Positions 26,945 to 36,506 are shown, counted from the stretch's first letter. The stretch: 64,000 bases of DNA from Candidatus Omnitrophota bacterium (GCA_028716965.1 JAQUOV010000007.1:58795-122794); one strand, 5' to 3'. The notes: generated from the sequence alone by a model not told the origin. Program-made: numbers and translations.

Positions 26945-27017
26945 CGCGGGGTGGAGCAGCCTGGTAGCTCGCAAGGCTCATAACCTTGAGGTCATGCGTT
27001 CAAATCGCATCCCCGCA
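26945..27017 (+). tRNA. tRNA-Met (anticodon CAT), initiator-like (C1:A72 mismatch, close to E. coli tRNA-fMet)
   Basis: CGCGGGGTGGAGCAGCCTGGTAGCTCG...CTCATAA...TTCAAATC...CCCCGCA, with acceptor end C1/A72. Confidence 0.85.
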
Positions 27018-27021
27018 ATTA

Positions 27022-27078
27022 AACAATGAAATGGGCCAGCTGAGCACCGCCGGCCCATTTCATTAAATTGTTTAACTT
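27022..27078 (+). terminator. Long imperfect palindrome / hairpin terminator after tRNA-Met
   Basis: ttaaacaatgaaatgggcc...ggcccatttcattaaattgtttaa. Confidence 0.45.
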
Positions 27079-27100
27079 GGCAGGTGCATTAATTTAAGAG

Positions 27101-27556
27101 ATGAGTAATAGGTGTATAAAACAATTAATTATCGTCTGCGTAGCTGTAGCGGCATCATATTCTGCCGTATCAAGCGCTTTTGCCGAAAATTACCCTGTTC
27201 AATATATTACTTTTAATAACAGTACCATTCTTACAAGCCGTGGGGAGTTTGCAAAAGCATCGCCTGACTTTAATACCACTTCTTTGAACATCAGCTCCAA
27301 TAACGCGGAGTTTTCAAGGCCCTCGGCGAATTTCGGCAGCCCTTCGTTCTCTGTTGTTAACCATAACGCGGAGTTTTCAAGGCCCTCGGCGAATTTCGGC
27401 AAACCTTCCCTTTTCCTTTCCGCCGGCCAGAGAGAGTTCTCAAAGAATTCTTTCAGCCTTTCCCGCAATATGAGAGAGTTTGCAAAACCTTCCTTTTCCC
27501 TTTCGAATAACGGCGAATTTTCCACGCCCTCATTTTCTTTGGTTGATAAATATTAG
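27101..27556 (+). CDS. Secreted repeat protein (tandem about 15-aa EF[SA][KR]PS...FS repeats)
   Basis: Signal peptide MSNRCIKQLIIVCVAVAASYSAVSSAFA. About seven degenerate repeats, for example AEFSRPSANFGSPSFS. A 63-bp tandem DNA duplication underlies two of them. Weak RBS. Confidence 0.5.
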   Translation: MSNRCIKQLIIVCVAVAASYSAVSSAFAENYPVQYITFNNSTILTSRGEFAKASPDFNTTSLNISSNNAEFSRPSANFGSPSFSVVNHNAEFSRPSANFGKPSLFLSAGQREFSKNSFSLSRNMREFAKPSFSLSNNGEFSTPSFSLVDKY

Positions 27557-27641
27557 CCGTTAAGGCGTAAAGCCCGATAAAACTGTTGACTTCAACCTGA
27601 AAATTAGTTAATATATTTTAACATATCCAGAATAGATCAAA

Positions 27642-27863
27642 ATGGGCTTTCCATTGATTATCCCCCGTAGAATGCGTAAGGCGCCTTTATTAAGGAAAAT
27701 ATTGTTATTTTTATGCCTGAACCTGCTTGTTAATTTCTCTTTCTGTTATGCAGAGCGGGTAAAGAGTTATCGGCGCAGCGATGGCTCCATTGTCAGTTGG
27801 TATAAGCGCTGCGATTCCGTAGGCAATGTAAGAGAAGATTATTCTTATGAGGTAGGGCGGTAG
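27642..27863 (+). CDS. Small hypothetical secreted/membrane protein
   Basis: ORF with a hydrophobic N-terminus downstream of the TTGACT-17-TAATAT promoter at 27583..27611. No clear RBS. Confidence 0.3.
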   Translation: MGFPLIIPRRMRKAPLLRKILLFLCLNLLVNFSFCYAERVKSYRRSDGSIVSWYKRCDSVGNVREDYSYEVGR

Positions 27864-27902
27864 TTTTAGATTAATATGGCAACCAAGGGAAAGCGAGGAT
27901 GC

Positions 27903-28250
27903 ATGCTTGAGAGAAGAAAGTATGTAAGGGTCCCTGAAAACCTGCAAATAGCTTATGAGATTATCCCTGCCGAGTCAATAAAAGAATACCTCACAAAAGA
28001 TATCAGCCAGGGAGGCATAAGGTTTTTAACCTATGAATTTATACCTAAAGATAGCCGTTTAAGGATCAGGATCACTTTCCCCAGGGCATTATTATTCAGC
28101 TTTGAGGCGATGGTTAAATGTATGTGGATCAGGGAGGTGCCTTATAGCGATGAATTTGAAGTGGGGGTGGAATTTATAGACTTGCCCCCGGAGATAATGG
28201 ATTATCTTATAAATTACATAAACGAAACTTTAGATACCAAGAAAAAATAG
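27903..28250 (+). CDS. PilZ-domain protein (c-di-GMP receptor)
   Basis: RxxxR (RRKYVR) and DxSxGG (DISQGG) motifs. Start taken at MLERR (RBS gagg 6 nt upstream); the longer ORF begins at 27876. Confidence 0.7.
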   Translation: MLERRKYVRVPENLQIAYEIIPAESIKEYLTKDISQGGIRFLTYEFIPKDSRLRIRITFPRALLFSFEAMVKCMWIREVPYSDEFEVGVEFIDLPPEIMDYLINYINETLDTKKK

Positions 28251-28278
28251 CCGCAGAGGCTCTTAATCAGTTATTCGC

Positions 28279-28521
28279 ATGATCGGGATTTTGTCCTGCC
28301 CGTTTTCAATTTTAATCTATTTATCATCCATAGCAGTGGGGCTGGCAATGTTTTTTAAGCCCGCAACGGTTATTGAGTTTCAAAGAAGGTTCTATAAAAT
28401 GATCAATTGGCATATCGAACCAATCTCCATGCCTAAAGAGATACGCAATACTAAGTTGATGGGCTTGTTTTTGGTTCTGGCAACCCCCCTGGCAATAATT
28501 TATCTCCTAATCCCACGTTAG
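28279..28521 (+). CDS. Small hypothetical membrane protein
   Basis: 80-aa ORF with two hydrophobic segments. Confidence 0.35.
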   Translation: MIGILSCPFSILIYLSSIAVGLAMFFKPATVIEFQRRFYKMINWHIEPISMPKEIRNTKLMGLFLVLATPLAIIYLLIPR

Positions 28522-28616
28522 TTTATGAGGTTTATTTTCTTTGCTTATGTGATTGCTCAAGCCGGAGAATAGCAGAGTGTTTTTAATCCGGCGGTTGAAA
28601 AGGAGGATAGATATAT

Positions 28617-29090
28617 TTGAGGTATAAATTTAAAAGGATCGCTGTCCGCTTGCTTAAGCTGAATAATTCGCCGCAAGAGATCGCCCTGGGGGTAGCCATT
28701 GGAGTATTTATCGGGATTTTGCCGGTTTATGGGCTGCACACCGTGTTGGTAATTCTTGCCGCTATCCTGGTGCGTTCGGCAAATAAGATCGCGATTTTCC
28801 TGGGGACAAGTATTTCCCTGCCTCCGACCATCCCTCCGATAACCTGGGCAGGTTATGAAATCGGCAGGCATATCTTAAATGGAGAATTCGAACCTCTCAG
28901 CTGGTCGGTATTCAAGCATATGACACTCCAGAAGATCCTCCGTTATTATCAGCCGCTTTTCTTAGGCAGCCTGGTCCTCGGGCTTATCTGCGCGGCAATC
29001 TTTTACCTGCTTGCCTTATATATGGCAAATAAATTCAGCCTTAGAAGAAAACGTGGAAGAAAAGCTTACTGTAAATATCAGAAAGTTTAA
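28617..29090 (+). CDS. DUF2062-family membrane protein
   Basis: SPQEIALGVAIGVFIGILPVYGLHTVLVILAAILVRSANKIAIFLGTSISLPP matches the DUF2062 signature. TTG start with RBS aaaggagg. Confidence 0.65.
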   Translation: MRYKFKRIAVRLLKLNNSPQEIALGVAIGVFIGILPVYGLHTVLVILAAILVRSANKIAIFLGTSISLPPTIPPITWAGYEIGRHILNGEFEPLSWSVFKHMTLQKILRYYQPLFLGSLVLGLICAAIFYLLALYMANKFSLRRKRGRKAYCKYQKV

Positions 29091-29706
29091 AAAAGACGAT
29101 AAGGAGCAGGTCAGGTCAATCAGCCACGACACTGCTTTTATGGGCCAGCCGGCAACATTATTCTTTGAGGGCAGGAAGGTAATCTGCGATGCCCTCAGCC
29201 TTTATTATACTGATTATGAACCGGAGTCTTCGTTTATAGCGGAAGTAAATTCAAAGGTCGTCGGTTATCTGATTGGCACAAAAAATAAAGCTGCGGCAGA
29301 AAATATTTTTAAGAATAAGATTATGCCGGGTTTGTTCCGGGAGGCTTTAAAAAGCGGCGTTTTTCTCAATAAAAAAAACATCGTCTTTATCTTAAACTGC
29401 TTAAGCGCCTTTCTTAAGGGCGACCTCTCGGATCCTGATTTTACGAAGGAGTATCCCGCCACTTTTCATATTAATCTGATGAAAGAATTCCGCGGTCAAA
29501 ATATCGGCACCGCTTTAATAGGGGCTTATCTAGGGTATCTAAAAGAGGAGGCGGTGCCCGGAGTGCATTTAGCGACACTATCTCAGGCCGGAGCGGATTT
29601 TTTCTCCAAGCAGTCCTTTCAATTATTATATAAAGGAAGAAGGCCGTATTTCAGGCATATTTTACATAAGGATGTGCCGCTTTATATCTACGGCAGGAAA
29701 TTGTAG
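29053..29706 (+). CDS. GNAT-family N-acetyltransferase (tentative)
   Basis: An FRGQNIGTALI-type acetyl-CoA-binding motif late in the sequence. Start uncertain: GTG 29053 is in frame, and the ORF extends to the TTG at 29011 and overlaps the upstream gene. Confidence 0.5.
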   Translation: MEEKLTVNIRKFKKDDKEQVRSISHDTAFMGQPATLFFEGRKVICDALSLYYTDYEPESSFIAEVNSKVVGYLIGTKNKAAAENIFKNKIMPGLFREALKSGVFLNKKNIVFILNCLSAFLKGDLSDPDFTKEYPATFHINLMKEFRGQNIGTALIGAYLGYLKEEAVPGVHLATLSQAGADFFSKQSFQLLYKGRRPYFRHILHKDVPLYIYGRKL

Positions 29707-29872
29707 AGTTGGCGGGCAGGGAGATTAATTGTGCGCACCAGCTTTGATTTAGTTTATGGTTTTTGCTTGAATAAGCCCCGTAGATATGTTAATTTAACCT
29801 TGCCTTGCGCCAGGCGGATCTTTGCGCTTTGCGCAGGGAATTCACAGATAAAGTCCTCAATTCCGAATTTTT

Positions 29873-32536
29873 ATGGAAAAACTTTGGAGTTTTACGGATA
29901 GCTCAGGCAGTTTTTATTCACTCTGCGCGGATAAAATCAAAAGCCTCTATTTCCCTCTCGCCAATGACAGGATTATGTCTTCTCTTACTCCTGATTTACA
30001 CGGGGATATCAAAGGCGGGCAGAGCTCTTTTCTCCTGGCCCCGGTTTCACGCATTGACTTAGCCAACCTGCGGTCTTCGCGTAACTTCTGGATTTATATT
30101 AACGAACGCAAAATCTGGTCGGCTACAGGTGTTTCCAAAGATTCCCGGCAGAGAAAGAGGGATAAATTTAGGTTAGAGGCCGGTCTGCTTTGGCATAAAA
30201 TAAGCCGGCGGAATAAAGCAATAGGCATTAACGCAGAAGTGCTTTCTTTTGTGCCGGCTACGGGTGAGCCGGTTGAGATAATGCAGGTTACGCTTACCAA
30301 TATTTCCCGTAAACCGGTAAGTTTTGTCCCTACTGCCGCCATTCCCATGTACAACCGTCCCGCCAATAATATACGCGACCACCGCCATGTTACCAGTTTG
30401 TTGCAGCGTGTTGTTCTGCATAAATTTGGGGTAATTTCCAGGCCGACATTGGTTTTTGATGAATCCGGACACCGCCCGAATAGAGACAACTATTTTGTCT
30501 TAGGATGGGATGAGAATTCCTTGCCTGCGCAAAGGATCTATCCGACCCAGGATGTTTTTTGCGGTGACTCAGGCGATTTGGAGGAGCCGGAAGCGGTATT
30601 CAAGAATATCTCCCCCCGCTTAAATAATATCCAGGGCAGGGAGGCTATGGGGGCCTTAAGTTTCAGGAGGGCTTCTTTGCGTCCGGGCCAGTCAAAGATA
30701 TATACGGTGATTATGGGATTAACCCAGGAGCCAGGAGAGATTTCAAAATTAATCTCCAAGTTCAACCGTCCGCATAAGGTTTTGCATGCTTTGCAAAAGA
30801 ATAAAATATTCTGGAATAAGCTTAGCGGGGGGGTAAATATCGTAACGCAAGACAGGGATTTTGATAATTGGCTGCGTTGGGTGAATATCCAGCCGGTGTT
30901 AAGGAAGCTCTTTGGTTGTTCTTTCCTCCCGGATTTTGATTACGGGAAAGGAGGCCGCGGATGGCGCGACCTATGGCAGGATTGCCTGGGATTGATTATC
31001 AATGACCCGGAAAAGGTGCGGCCTTTCTTGATTAATAATTTCTGCGGAGTAAAGATTGACGGTTCCAATGCCACTATTATCGGCAAAGCTCCCGGAGAAT
31101 TCATCGCTGACCGCAACAATATCAGCCGGGTATGGATGGACCACGGTATCTGGCCGCTTTTAACGCTGGATTTATATATTAACGAAACCGCAGACTTTAA
31201 GATTTTGTTTGAGCAGGCGACTTATTTTTACAATCATGAAATAAGGCGTACGGCAGGCATTGATTACAACTGGACGCCCGCTTACGGAAATAAGCTAAAG
31301 ACCGGCTGCGGGAAGATTTATTCAGGCTCGATTTTAGAGCATCTTTTGATACAGAACCTGGTGCAGTTTTATAACGTCGGAGCACATAACCATATCCGTC
31401 TTGAAGGCGCTGATTGGAATGATGGATTGGATATGGCGAAAGAAAACGGCGAAAGCGTAGCCTTTAGCGCAATGTACGCGCAAAACCTGGAGACGCTTGC
31501 CGCATTGTTGCTTAAAATCGGCAAGAATAGCAGGATAGAATTAGCTGAAGAGGTCAGGATTTTATTGTCAAAAGTCAATTACGAAAGCGTTTCTTCCAAG
31601 CGTAAACTTTTGGACAGGTATTTCTCTAAAATATCCGTTTCGCTATCCGGGAAAAAGGTTTATTTAGATGCCGCGCAGCTAGCCGCTGACCTTAGGGCCA
31701 AGTCTTGCTGGATGAAGCAGCATATACGTTCAACAGAGTGGCTTAAAGAGGGGTTCTTTAACGGTTATTATGATAACCTCAAAAAGCGATTGGAAGGCAA
31801 AAAGGGCAGGCGTATACAAATGACCCTCACCGCCCAAACATTTGCCGTAATGTCCGGCATTGCCCTGCCCTGGCAGGTGCGCAGGATTTTACAAAATGTG
31901 AATAAGTATCTGTTTGATAAACAAACCGGCAGCATACATCTTAATACTGATTTTAAGCAAGAACAGCCTGAGCTGGGCAGGGCTTTTTCTTTTTCTTATG
32001 GAGAAAAGGAGAATGGGGCGATTTTTAGCCATATGGTTGTAATGTTCAGTTATGCGTTATATAAGCAAGGTTATGCCAGCGATGCATGGAGGTCTTTAAG
32101 CTCTCTTTATAAAATGGCATCGCATACCTCAAGGAGCAAGGTTTATCCCTGCCTGCCGGAATACTTTAACCTGGAAGGCAGGGGGATGTACTCTTATCTG
32201 ACCGGTTCAGCCAGCTGGTTTATCTTGACTATGCTTACCCAGGTTTTTGGGGTTAAGGGGGAGGACGGGGATTTAGTAATTGAGCCCAAATTGAGCGCAG
32301 AGCATTTCCGCAAGAATAATAGTATAAGTATAGAGAGGACCTTTGCCGGCAAGAGAATAAGGGTGAAGTTCCTGGGTTTCGGAAAACCTACCCAAGGCAA
32401 GTATAAGATTATTAAGGCCTGTTTTAATTCAAGGAACCTGCCTATAGATAAGCGTGGCCATCTGGTCTTTAAGCGCGAAGCAATGCTTGTTTTGCCGGCA
32501 GACAGGCTTAACCAGATAGAGGTGCATTTAGCTTAA
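29873..32536 (+). CDS. Large (alpha/alpha)6-barrel glycoside hydrolase/phosphorylase-like protein (GH94-like, tentative)
   Basis: 887 aa. The region LEGADWNDGLD resembles the catalytic acid segment of the cellobiose/chitobiose phosphorylase family. No signal peptide. Confidence 0.45.
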   Translation: MEKLWSFTDSSGSFYSLCADKIKSLYFPLANDRIMSSLTPDLHGDIKGGQSSFLLAPVSRIDLANLRSSRNFWIYINERKIWSATGVSKDSRQRKRDKFRLEAGLLWHKISRRNKAIGINAEVLSFVPATGEPVEIMQVTLTNISRKPVSFVPTAAIPMYNRPANNIRDHRHVTSLLQRVVLHKFGVISRPTLVFDESGHRPNRDNYFVLGWDENSLPAQRIYPTQDVFCGDSGDLEEPEAVFKNISPRLNNIQGREAMGALSFRRASLRPGQSKIYTVIMGLTQEPGEISKLISKFNRPHKVLHALQKNKIFWNKLSGGVNIVTQDRDFDNWLRWVNIQPVLRKLFGCSFLPDFDYGKGGRGWRDLWQDCLGLIINDPEKVRPFLINNFCGVKIDGSNATIIGKAPGEFIADRNNISRVWMDHGIWPLLTLDLYINETADFKILFEQATYFYNHEIRRTAGIDYNWTPAYGNKLKTGCGKIYSGSILEHLLIQNLVQFYNVGAHNHIRLEGADWNDGLDMAKENGESVAFSAMYAQNLETLAALLLKIGKNSRIELAEEVRILLSKVNYESVSSKRKLLDRYFSKISVSLSGKKVYLDAAQLAADLRAKSCWMKQHIRSTEWLKEGFFNGYYDNLKKRLEGKKGRRIQMTLTAQTFAVMSGIALPWQVRRILQNVNKYLFDKQTGSIHLNTDFKQEQPELGRAFSFSYGEKENGAIFSHMVVMFSYALYKQGYASDAWRSLSSLYKMASHTSRSKVYPCLPEYFNLEGRGMYSYLTGSASWFILTMLTQVFGVKGEDGDLVIEPKLSAEHFRKNNSISIERTFAGKRIRVKFLGFGKPTQGKYKIIKACFNSRNLPIDKRGHLVFKREAMLVLPADRLNQIEVHLA

Positions 32537-32674
32537 AACCGGAGTATGCGGGGCTATTTTCTGTAATTTAATCGGGATAGAAAGACAGCCCGGCCCCAAT
32601 TATTTGCTTTACAATTAATAAATATATAGATATAATAATTCGCCTGTCAATTCTTTAGGAGAGGTAAATTCATT

Positions 32675-33559
32675 ATGAAAAGTAAAATTTTGAAGTTCGG
32701 CTTACCTAAAGGCAGCCTCCAGGAGTCTACCTTTAAAATGCTTAAAAAAGCCGGTTTCAACGTTAATTTATCCAATTCGCGCTCATACTTTCCGTCTGTA
32801 GATGATCCGGAGATCCAGGCGGTCTTATTGCGGGCCCAGGAGATGTCGCGTTATATACAGGATGGCGCGCTTGACTGCGGTATAACCGGCAATGACTGGA
32901 TACTGGAAAATGGCTCCGATGTTGTTAGGGTGGCGGACTTAACTTATGCCAAACAGAGCCTGAATAAGGTCAGGTGGGTTTTGGCGGTACCCGAAGGGTC
33001 CGGGATCAAGAAGATAAAGGATTTGAATGGTAAGCGCGTGGCTACGGAGCTGGTGAATGTGGCCAGGGAATATTTCAAGAAAAACAGGGTTAAGGTAGAA
33101 GTAGAGTTTAGCTGGGGGGCAACGGAGGTTAAGGTTACTGCCGGCCTGGTTGATGCAATAGTGGAGCTGACTGAAACAGGCAGTTCCTTACGGGCAAATA
33201 AACTAGTTGAAATTGCCACGCTTTGCGAATCTACCACCCAGTTGATCGCCAATAAGGATTCTTGTAAAGACAAATGGAAGATGGTTAAAATGGAACAGAT
33301 CGCCTTGCTTTTGAGGGGGGCGATTGCCGCAGAAGGAAAAGTAGGCTTGAAGATGAATGTAAGAAAGGAAAACCTTAAGCCGGTTATCGCCAGGCTTCCG
33401 GCGTTAAAGAAGCCCACTATTTCCGGATTGAGCGATGACGGATGGTTTGCCATTGAGACGATTATCGACGAGGAAGTCGTCAGGATGCTCATCCCCGTTT
33501 TGAAGCAGGCCGGCGCCCAGGGGATTATCGAGTATCCGTTGAATAAGGTTATTTTGTAG
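32675..33559 (+). CDS. hisG: ATP phosphoribosyltransferase HisG (long form with C-terminal regulatory domain)
   Basis: N-terminal LKFGLPKGSL, with full length and pattern of HisG-long. TATAAT-like promoter upstream. Confidence 0.88.
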   Translation: MKSKILKFGLPKGSLQESTFKMLKKAGFNVNLSNSRSYFPSVDDPEIQAVLLRAQEMSRYIQDGALDCGITGNDWILENGSDVVRVADLTYAKQSLNKVRWVLAVPEGSGIKKIKDLNGKRVATELVNVAREYFKKNRVKVEVEFSWGATEVKVTAGLVDAIVELTETGSSLRANKLVEIATLCESTTQLIANKDSCKDKWKMVKMEQIALLLRGAIAAEGKVGLKMNVRKENLKPVIARLPALKKPTISGLSDDGWFAIETIIDEEVVRMLIPVLKQAGAQGIIEYPLNKVIL

Positions 33560-33601
33560 TCAAAGGTTGCCTGTCGGCAGCCCGGGAGAAGAGGAAAAGT
33601 T

Positions 33602-33703
33602 ATGCCTTGCGGTAAGAAAAGAAAAAGACAAAAGATTAAAACCCATAAGCGCAAGAAAATGCGTCGTCGTCTTCGCCATCTGAAGAAGAGGGCGTGGGGT
33701 TAA
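33602..33703 (+). CDS. 33-aa highly basic peptide resembling ribosomal protein bS22
   Basis: MPCGKKRKRQKIKTHKRKKMRRRLRHLKKRAWG. RBS gaggaaaag upstream. Similar in composition and length to mycobacterial bS22 ([33 protein letters not shown]). Absent from the ORF track, which omits ORFs this short. Confidence 0.5.
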   Translation: MPCGKKRKRQKIKTHKRKKMRRRLRHLKKRAWG

Positions 33704-33730
33704 TTTTTTAAGTTTTTTAGAAGGATATCT

Positions 33731-34741
33731 TTGAAGTTCAGATATTTTAACAGCTTAGTCTGTTTTTGCCTTTCATCGGCTCTGGTGGCCCAAACTGCCC
33801 AGGCTTTAGATGCAGACAGGTTAGAGGGCGTTAGCTTGTCTTCTGCCGGACAAAGCCATAATGAAAATACCCAGGGCTTAAGCCACTATATCACGGCCCT
33901 TTATTACGAAGATATCGGCGATATAGATAGCGCTATTCGGCAATACCACAAAGCGTTGGCGCTTGACAGCCAGAGTCCTTTATTGCATTTGAACCTGGCG
34001 TCAGCTTACATTAAAAAAAACGATATTCCTTCGGCAATCACTGAATTAAAGCAATCCATTAGCCTTGCTCCCGATGCGGTAGAGCCGCATGCTATATTGG
34101 CGCTGATTTACACGACGCAAAATAAAACTGATTTAGCTGCACAGGAATATGCGTTTGCGCTTAAGAATGTTACCAAGATTGAACCGGAAAATATAGATGT
34201 CTACAAAAGCCTGGGCGCAATCTATCTGCAGCAGAATAAACTCAGAGAAGCCGAGGGTATTTTTAAATTGGTTACGGGGTTATCCCCTCGTGATGCGCAG
34301 CCCCATTTTTACCTGGGCAGCATATATTATGAACTGAAAGATTATGCCGGTGTTGAGAAAGAACTGAAAGAAGCAGTAAGGTTAAAACCTGATTATCATG
34401 AAGCCCTGAATTTTCTGGGATATTTTTATCTGGAACAGAACAGGAATATCAATAAGGCAGGCGTCATGATCAGGAAGGCTTTAAGTTTTGAACCGGAAAA
34501 CGGCGCTTATATTGACAGCCTGGGGTGGTTTTATTTCAAAAAAGGGAAGTTCAAAGAAGCATTGACCTATTTGGAACAAGCAGTTTCTTTTTTAAGTGAT
34601 CCGGTTATATACGAACATATGGGCGATGTCTTTATGAAGCTGGGAAATTGTGATAATGCAAGGTTGAATTGGGAGAAGTCCCTGAAATTAGATTCTACCC
34701 AGGAGCGGGTGAAAGAGAAATTGCGCCAGGTCTGCCAATAA
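33731..34741 (+). CDS. TPR-repeat protein with signal peptide
   Basis: Multiple 34-aa TPR units (A..Y...LALD). TTG start with RBS aagga. Confidence 0.7.
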   Translation: MKFRYFNSLVCFCLSSALVAQTAQALDADRLEGVSLSSAGQSHNENTQGLSHYITALYYEDIGDIDSAIRQYHKALALDSQSPLLHLNLASAYIKKNDIPSAITELKQSISLAPDAVEPHAILALIYTTQNKTDLAAQEYAFALKNVTKIEPENIDVYKSLGAIYLQQNKLREAEGIFKLVTGLSPRDAQPHFYLGSIYYELKDYAGVEKELKEAVRLKPDYHEALNFLGYFYLEQNRNINKAGVMIRKALSFEPENGAYIDSLGWFYFKKGKFKEALTYLEQAVSFLSDPVIYEHMGDVFMKLGNCDNARLNWEKSLKLDSTQERVKEKLRQVCQ

Positions 34742-35562
34742 TGGAAAATAATGAATTGTCAATAAAAGAATTAGAATTAAAGGCTAAAGAAGCCCGGCGC
34801 TTGATTATCGAGATGCTGGCAAGGGCAGGTTCCGGGCATCCCGGCGGCAGCCTATCTGCGGCGGATTTAATTGTTGCCTTATATTTCAATATCCTGCGTT
34901 TTAACCCAAAAGACCCGCAGTGGACGGATAGGGACCGTTTCCATATGTCTAAGGGGCATTGTTGTCCGCTTTGGTATGCGGTATTGGCACTAACAGGCTA
35001 TTTCCCCAAAGAGGAATTGATGACTTTACGCAGATTGGGCTCAAGCCTTCAGGGGCATCCTGCCCGTAGTACTGCAGGTGTTGAATCAGCTTCCGGCTCA
35101 CTCGGGCAGGGGCTTTCCATAGGCCTGGGGATGAGCCTGGCGGCAAAAATAGATAAAAAAGATTACCGGGTTTATGTTTTGCTGGGAGATGGAGAGATAC
35201 AGGAGGGCAATATCTGGGAGGCAGCAATGGCTTGCAGCCATTTTTCCTGCGATAATCTCTGTGCTATCCTGGATTCTAACGGTTGCCAGATTGACGGCAG
35301 GTGCGAAGATATAATGGGTCTTGAGCCATTGGCCGCTAAATGGCAGGCGTTTGGATGGCATGTCATAGAGATTAATGGCCACGATATGCGGCAGATTTTA
35401 TCCGCTTATGAACAGGCTAAAACAATAAAATCCAAGCCAACAATAATCATCGCGCGTACCGTAAAAGGCAAGGGCGTTTCATTTATGGAAGGCGTAATAG
35501 ATTTTCACGGAAGGGCCCCTACCAAAGAAGAAGCGGAAAAGGCATTAAAGGAGTTGTCATAA
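34741..35562 (+). CDS. Transketolase, N-terminal (TPP-binding) subunit
   Basis: GHPGGSLS and GDGEIQEGNIWEA motifs. Start MENNEL overlaps the TPR stop (taATGg). Confidence 0.85.
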   Translation: MENNELSIKELELKAKEARRLIIEMLARAGSGHPGGSLSAADLIVALYFNILRFNPKDPQWTDRDRFHMSKGHCCPLWYAVLALTGYFPKEELMTLRRLGSSLQGHPARSTAGVESASGSLGQGLSIGLGMSLAAKIDKKDYRVYVLLGDGEIQEGNIWEAAMACSHFSCDNLCAILDSNGCQIDGRCEDIMGLEPLAAKWQAFGWHVIEINGHDMRQILSAYEQAKTIKSKPTIIIARTVKGKGVSFMEGVIDFHGRAPTKEEAEKALKELS

Positions 35563-36491
35563 TGGCAGAGCAGCTTTACCAAAGGGATGTTTATGGACAG
35601 ACGCTGGTAAGGCTTGGCGCGCAGGATAAGAATATCGTGGTTTTAGATGCCGATCTCTCCGGTTCTACCCGCACTAATCTTTTTGCCAAACAATTCCCGG
35701 ACAGGTTTTTTAATTTTGGAGTAGCGGAACAGAACATGATGGCTACTGCCGCAGGCTTAGCCAGCTGCGGCAAGACTGTTTTTCTCTCTACATTTGCCGT
35801 CTTTGCTGCCGGGCGTGCATGGGACCAAATACGGATTTCCATAGGTTATAATAATTTTAACGTCAAGGTTGTAGCTACGCATGCAGGTATTACCGTAGGA
35901 CCGGATGGCGCCAGCCACCAGGCCCTGGAAGATATCGCGCTTATGCGTGTGCTTCCTAATATGAATATCATTGTTCCTTGCGATGCCCCTCAGACAGCCG
36001 AAGCAGTGGCCGCTGCGGCATCTATGCCGGGGCCTTTTTATATCCGATTAGGCCGGTCAAAGGTCCCTACGATTGAGAATAAAGATGAGTTTAAATTCGG
36101 CAAATCCCAGGTGATTTCCGAAGGCAATGATGTAACTATTATCGCCTGCGGGATAATGGTATATGAGGCGCTTTCGGCAGTGAAAAGTTTGGCCCAAAAA
36201 GGGATTAAGGCCCGCCTGATTAATATGCATACTATTTGGCCGCTGGATAATGAAGCTATCCTTAAGGCCGCTAAAGAAACCAGCTTTATTGTAGTTTGCG
36301 AAGAGCATAATGTCATCGGAGGGCTGGCCTCCAGCGTAGACGAAGTAGTCTCTGAGAATTTTCCTAAAAAGGTTATCCACCTTGGCATCCGTAACCGCTT
36401 TGGCCAATCAGGAGAGCCGGCAGACCTCTTAAAAGAATACGGCCTTACCAGCCTGGATATAGAAAAAGCGGTTTTATCCAACATCTCCTAA
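35562..36491 (+). CDS. Transketolase, C-terminal (pyrimidine-binding) subunit
   Basis: FNFGVAEQNMM motif. 309 aa. Confidence 0.85.
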   Translation: MAEQLYQRDVYGQTLVRLGAQDKNIVVLDADLSGSTRTNLFAKQFPDRFFNFGVAEQNMMATAAGLASCGKTVFLSTFAVFAAGRAWDQIRISIGYNNFNVKVVATHAGITVGPDGASHQALEDIALMRVLPNMNIIVPCDAPQTAEAVAAAASMPGPFYIRLGRSKVPTIENKDEFKFGKSQVISEGNDVTIIACGIMVYEALSAVKSLAQKGIKARLINMHTIWPLDNEAILKAAKETSFIVVCEEHNVIGGLASSVDEVVSENFPKKVIHLGIRNRFGQSGEPADLLKEYGLTSLDIEKAVLSNIS

Positions 36492-36506
36492 TTCCGGTAT
36501 AAGTTC

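Noticed and set aside
27199-27525. 108-aa minus-strand ORF with internal repeats (EGLPKFAEGLENSAL x2)
   Set aside because: Its repeats simply mirror the DNA tandem repeat. The plus-strand frame has a proper signal peptide, while the antisense frame has no start context.
28617-29706. DUF2062 plus GNAT overlapping pair as a GNAT toxin/antitoxin module
   Set aside because: The GNAT protein is about 217 aa, larger than TacT/AtaT toxins. The upstream partner is a membrane DUF2062 protein, not an RHH antitoxin.
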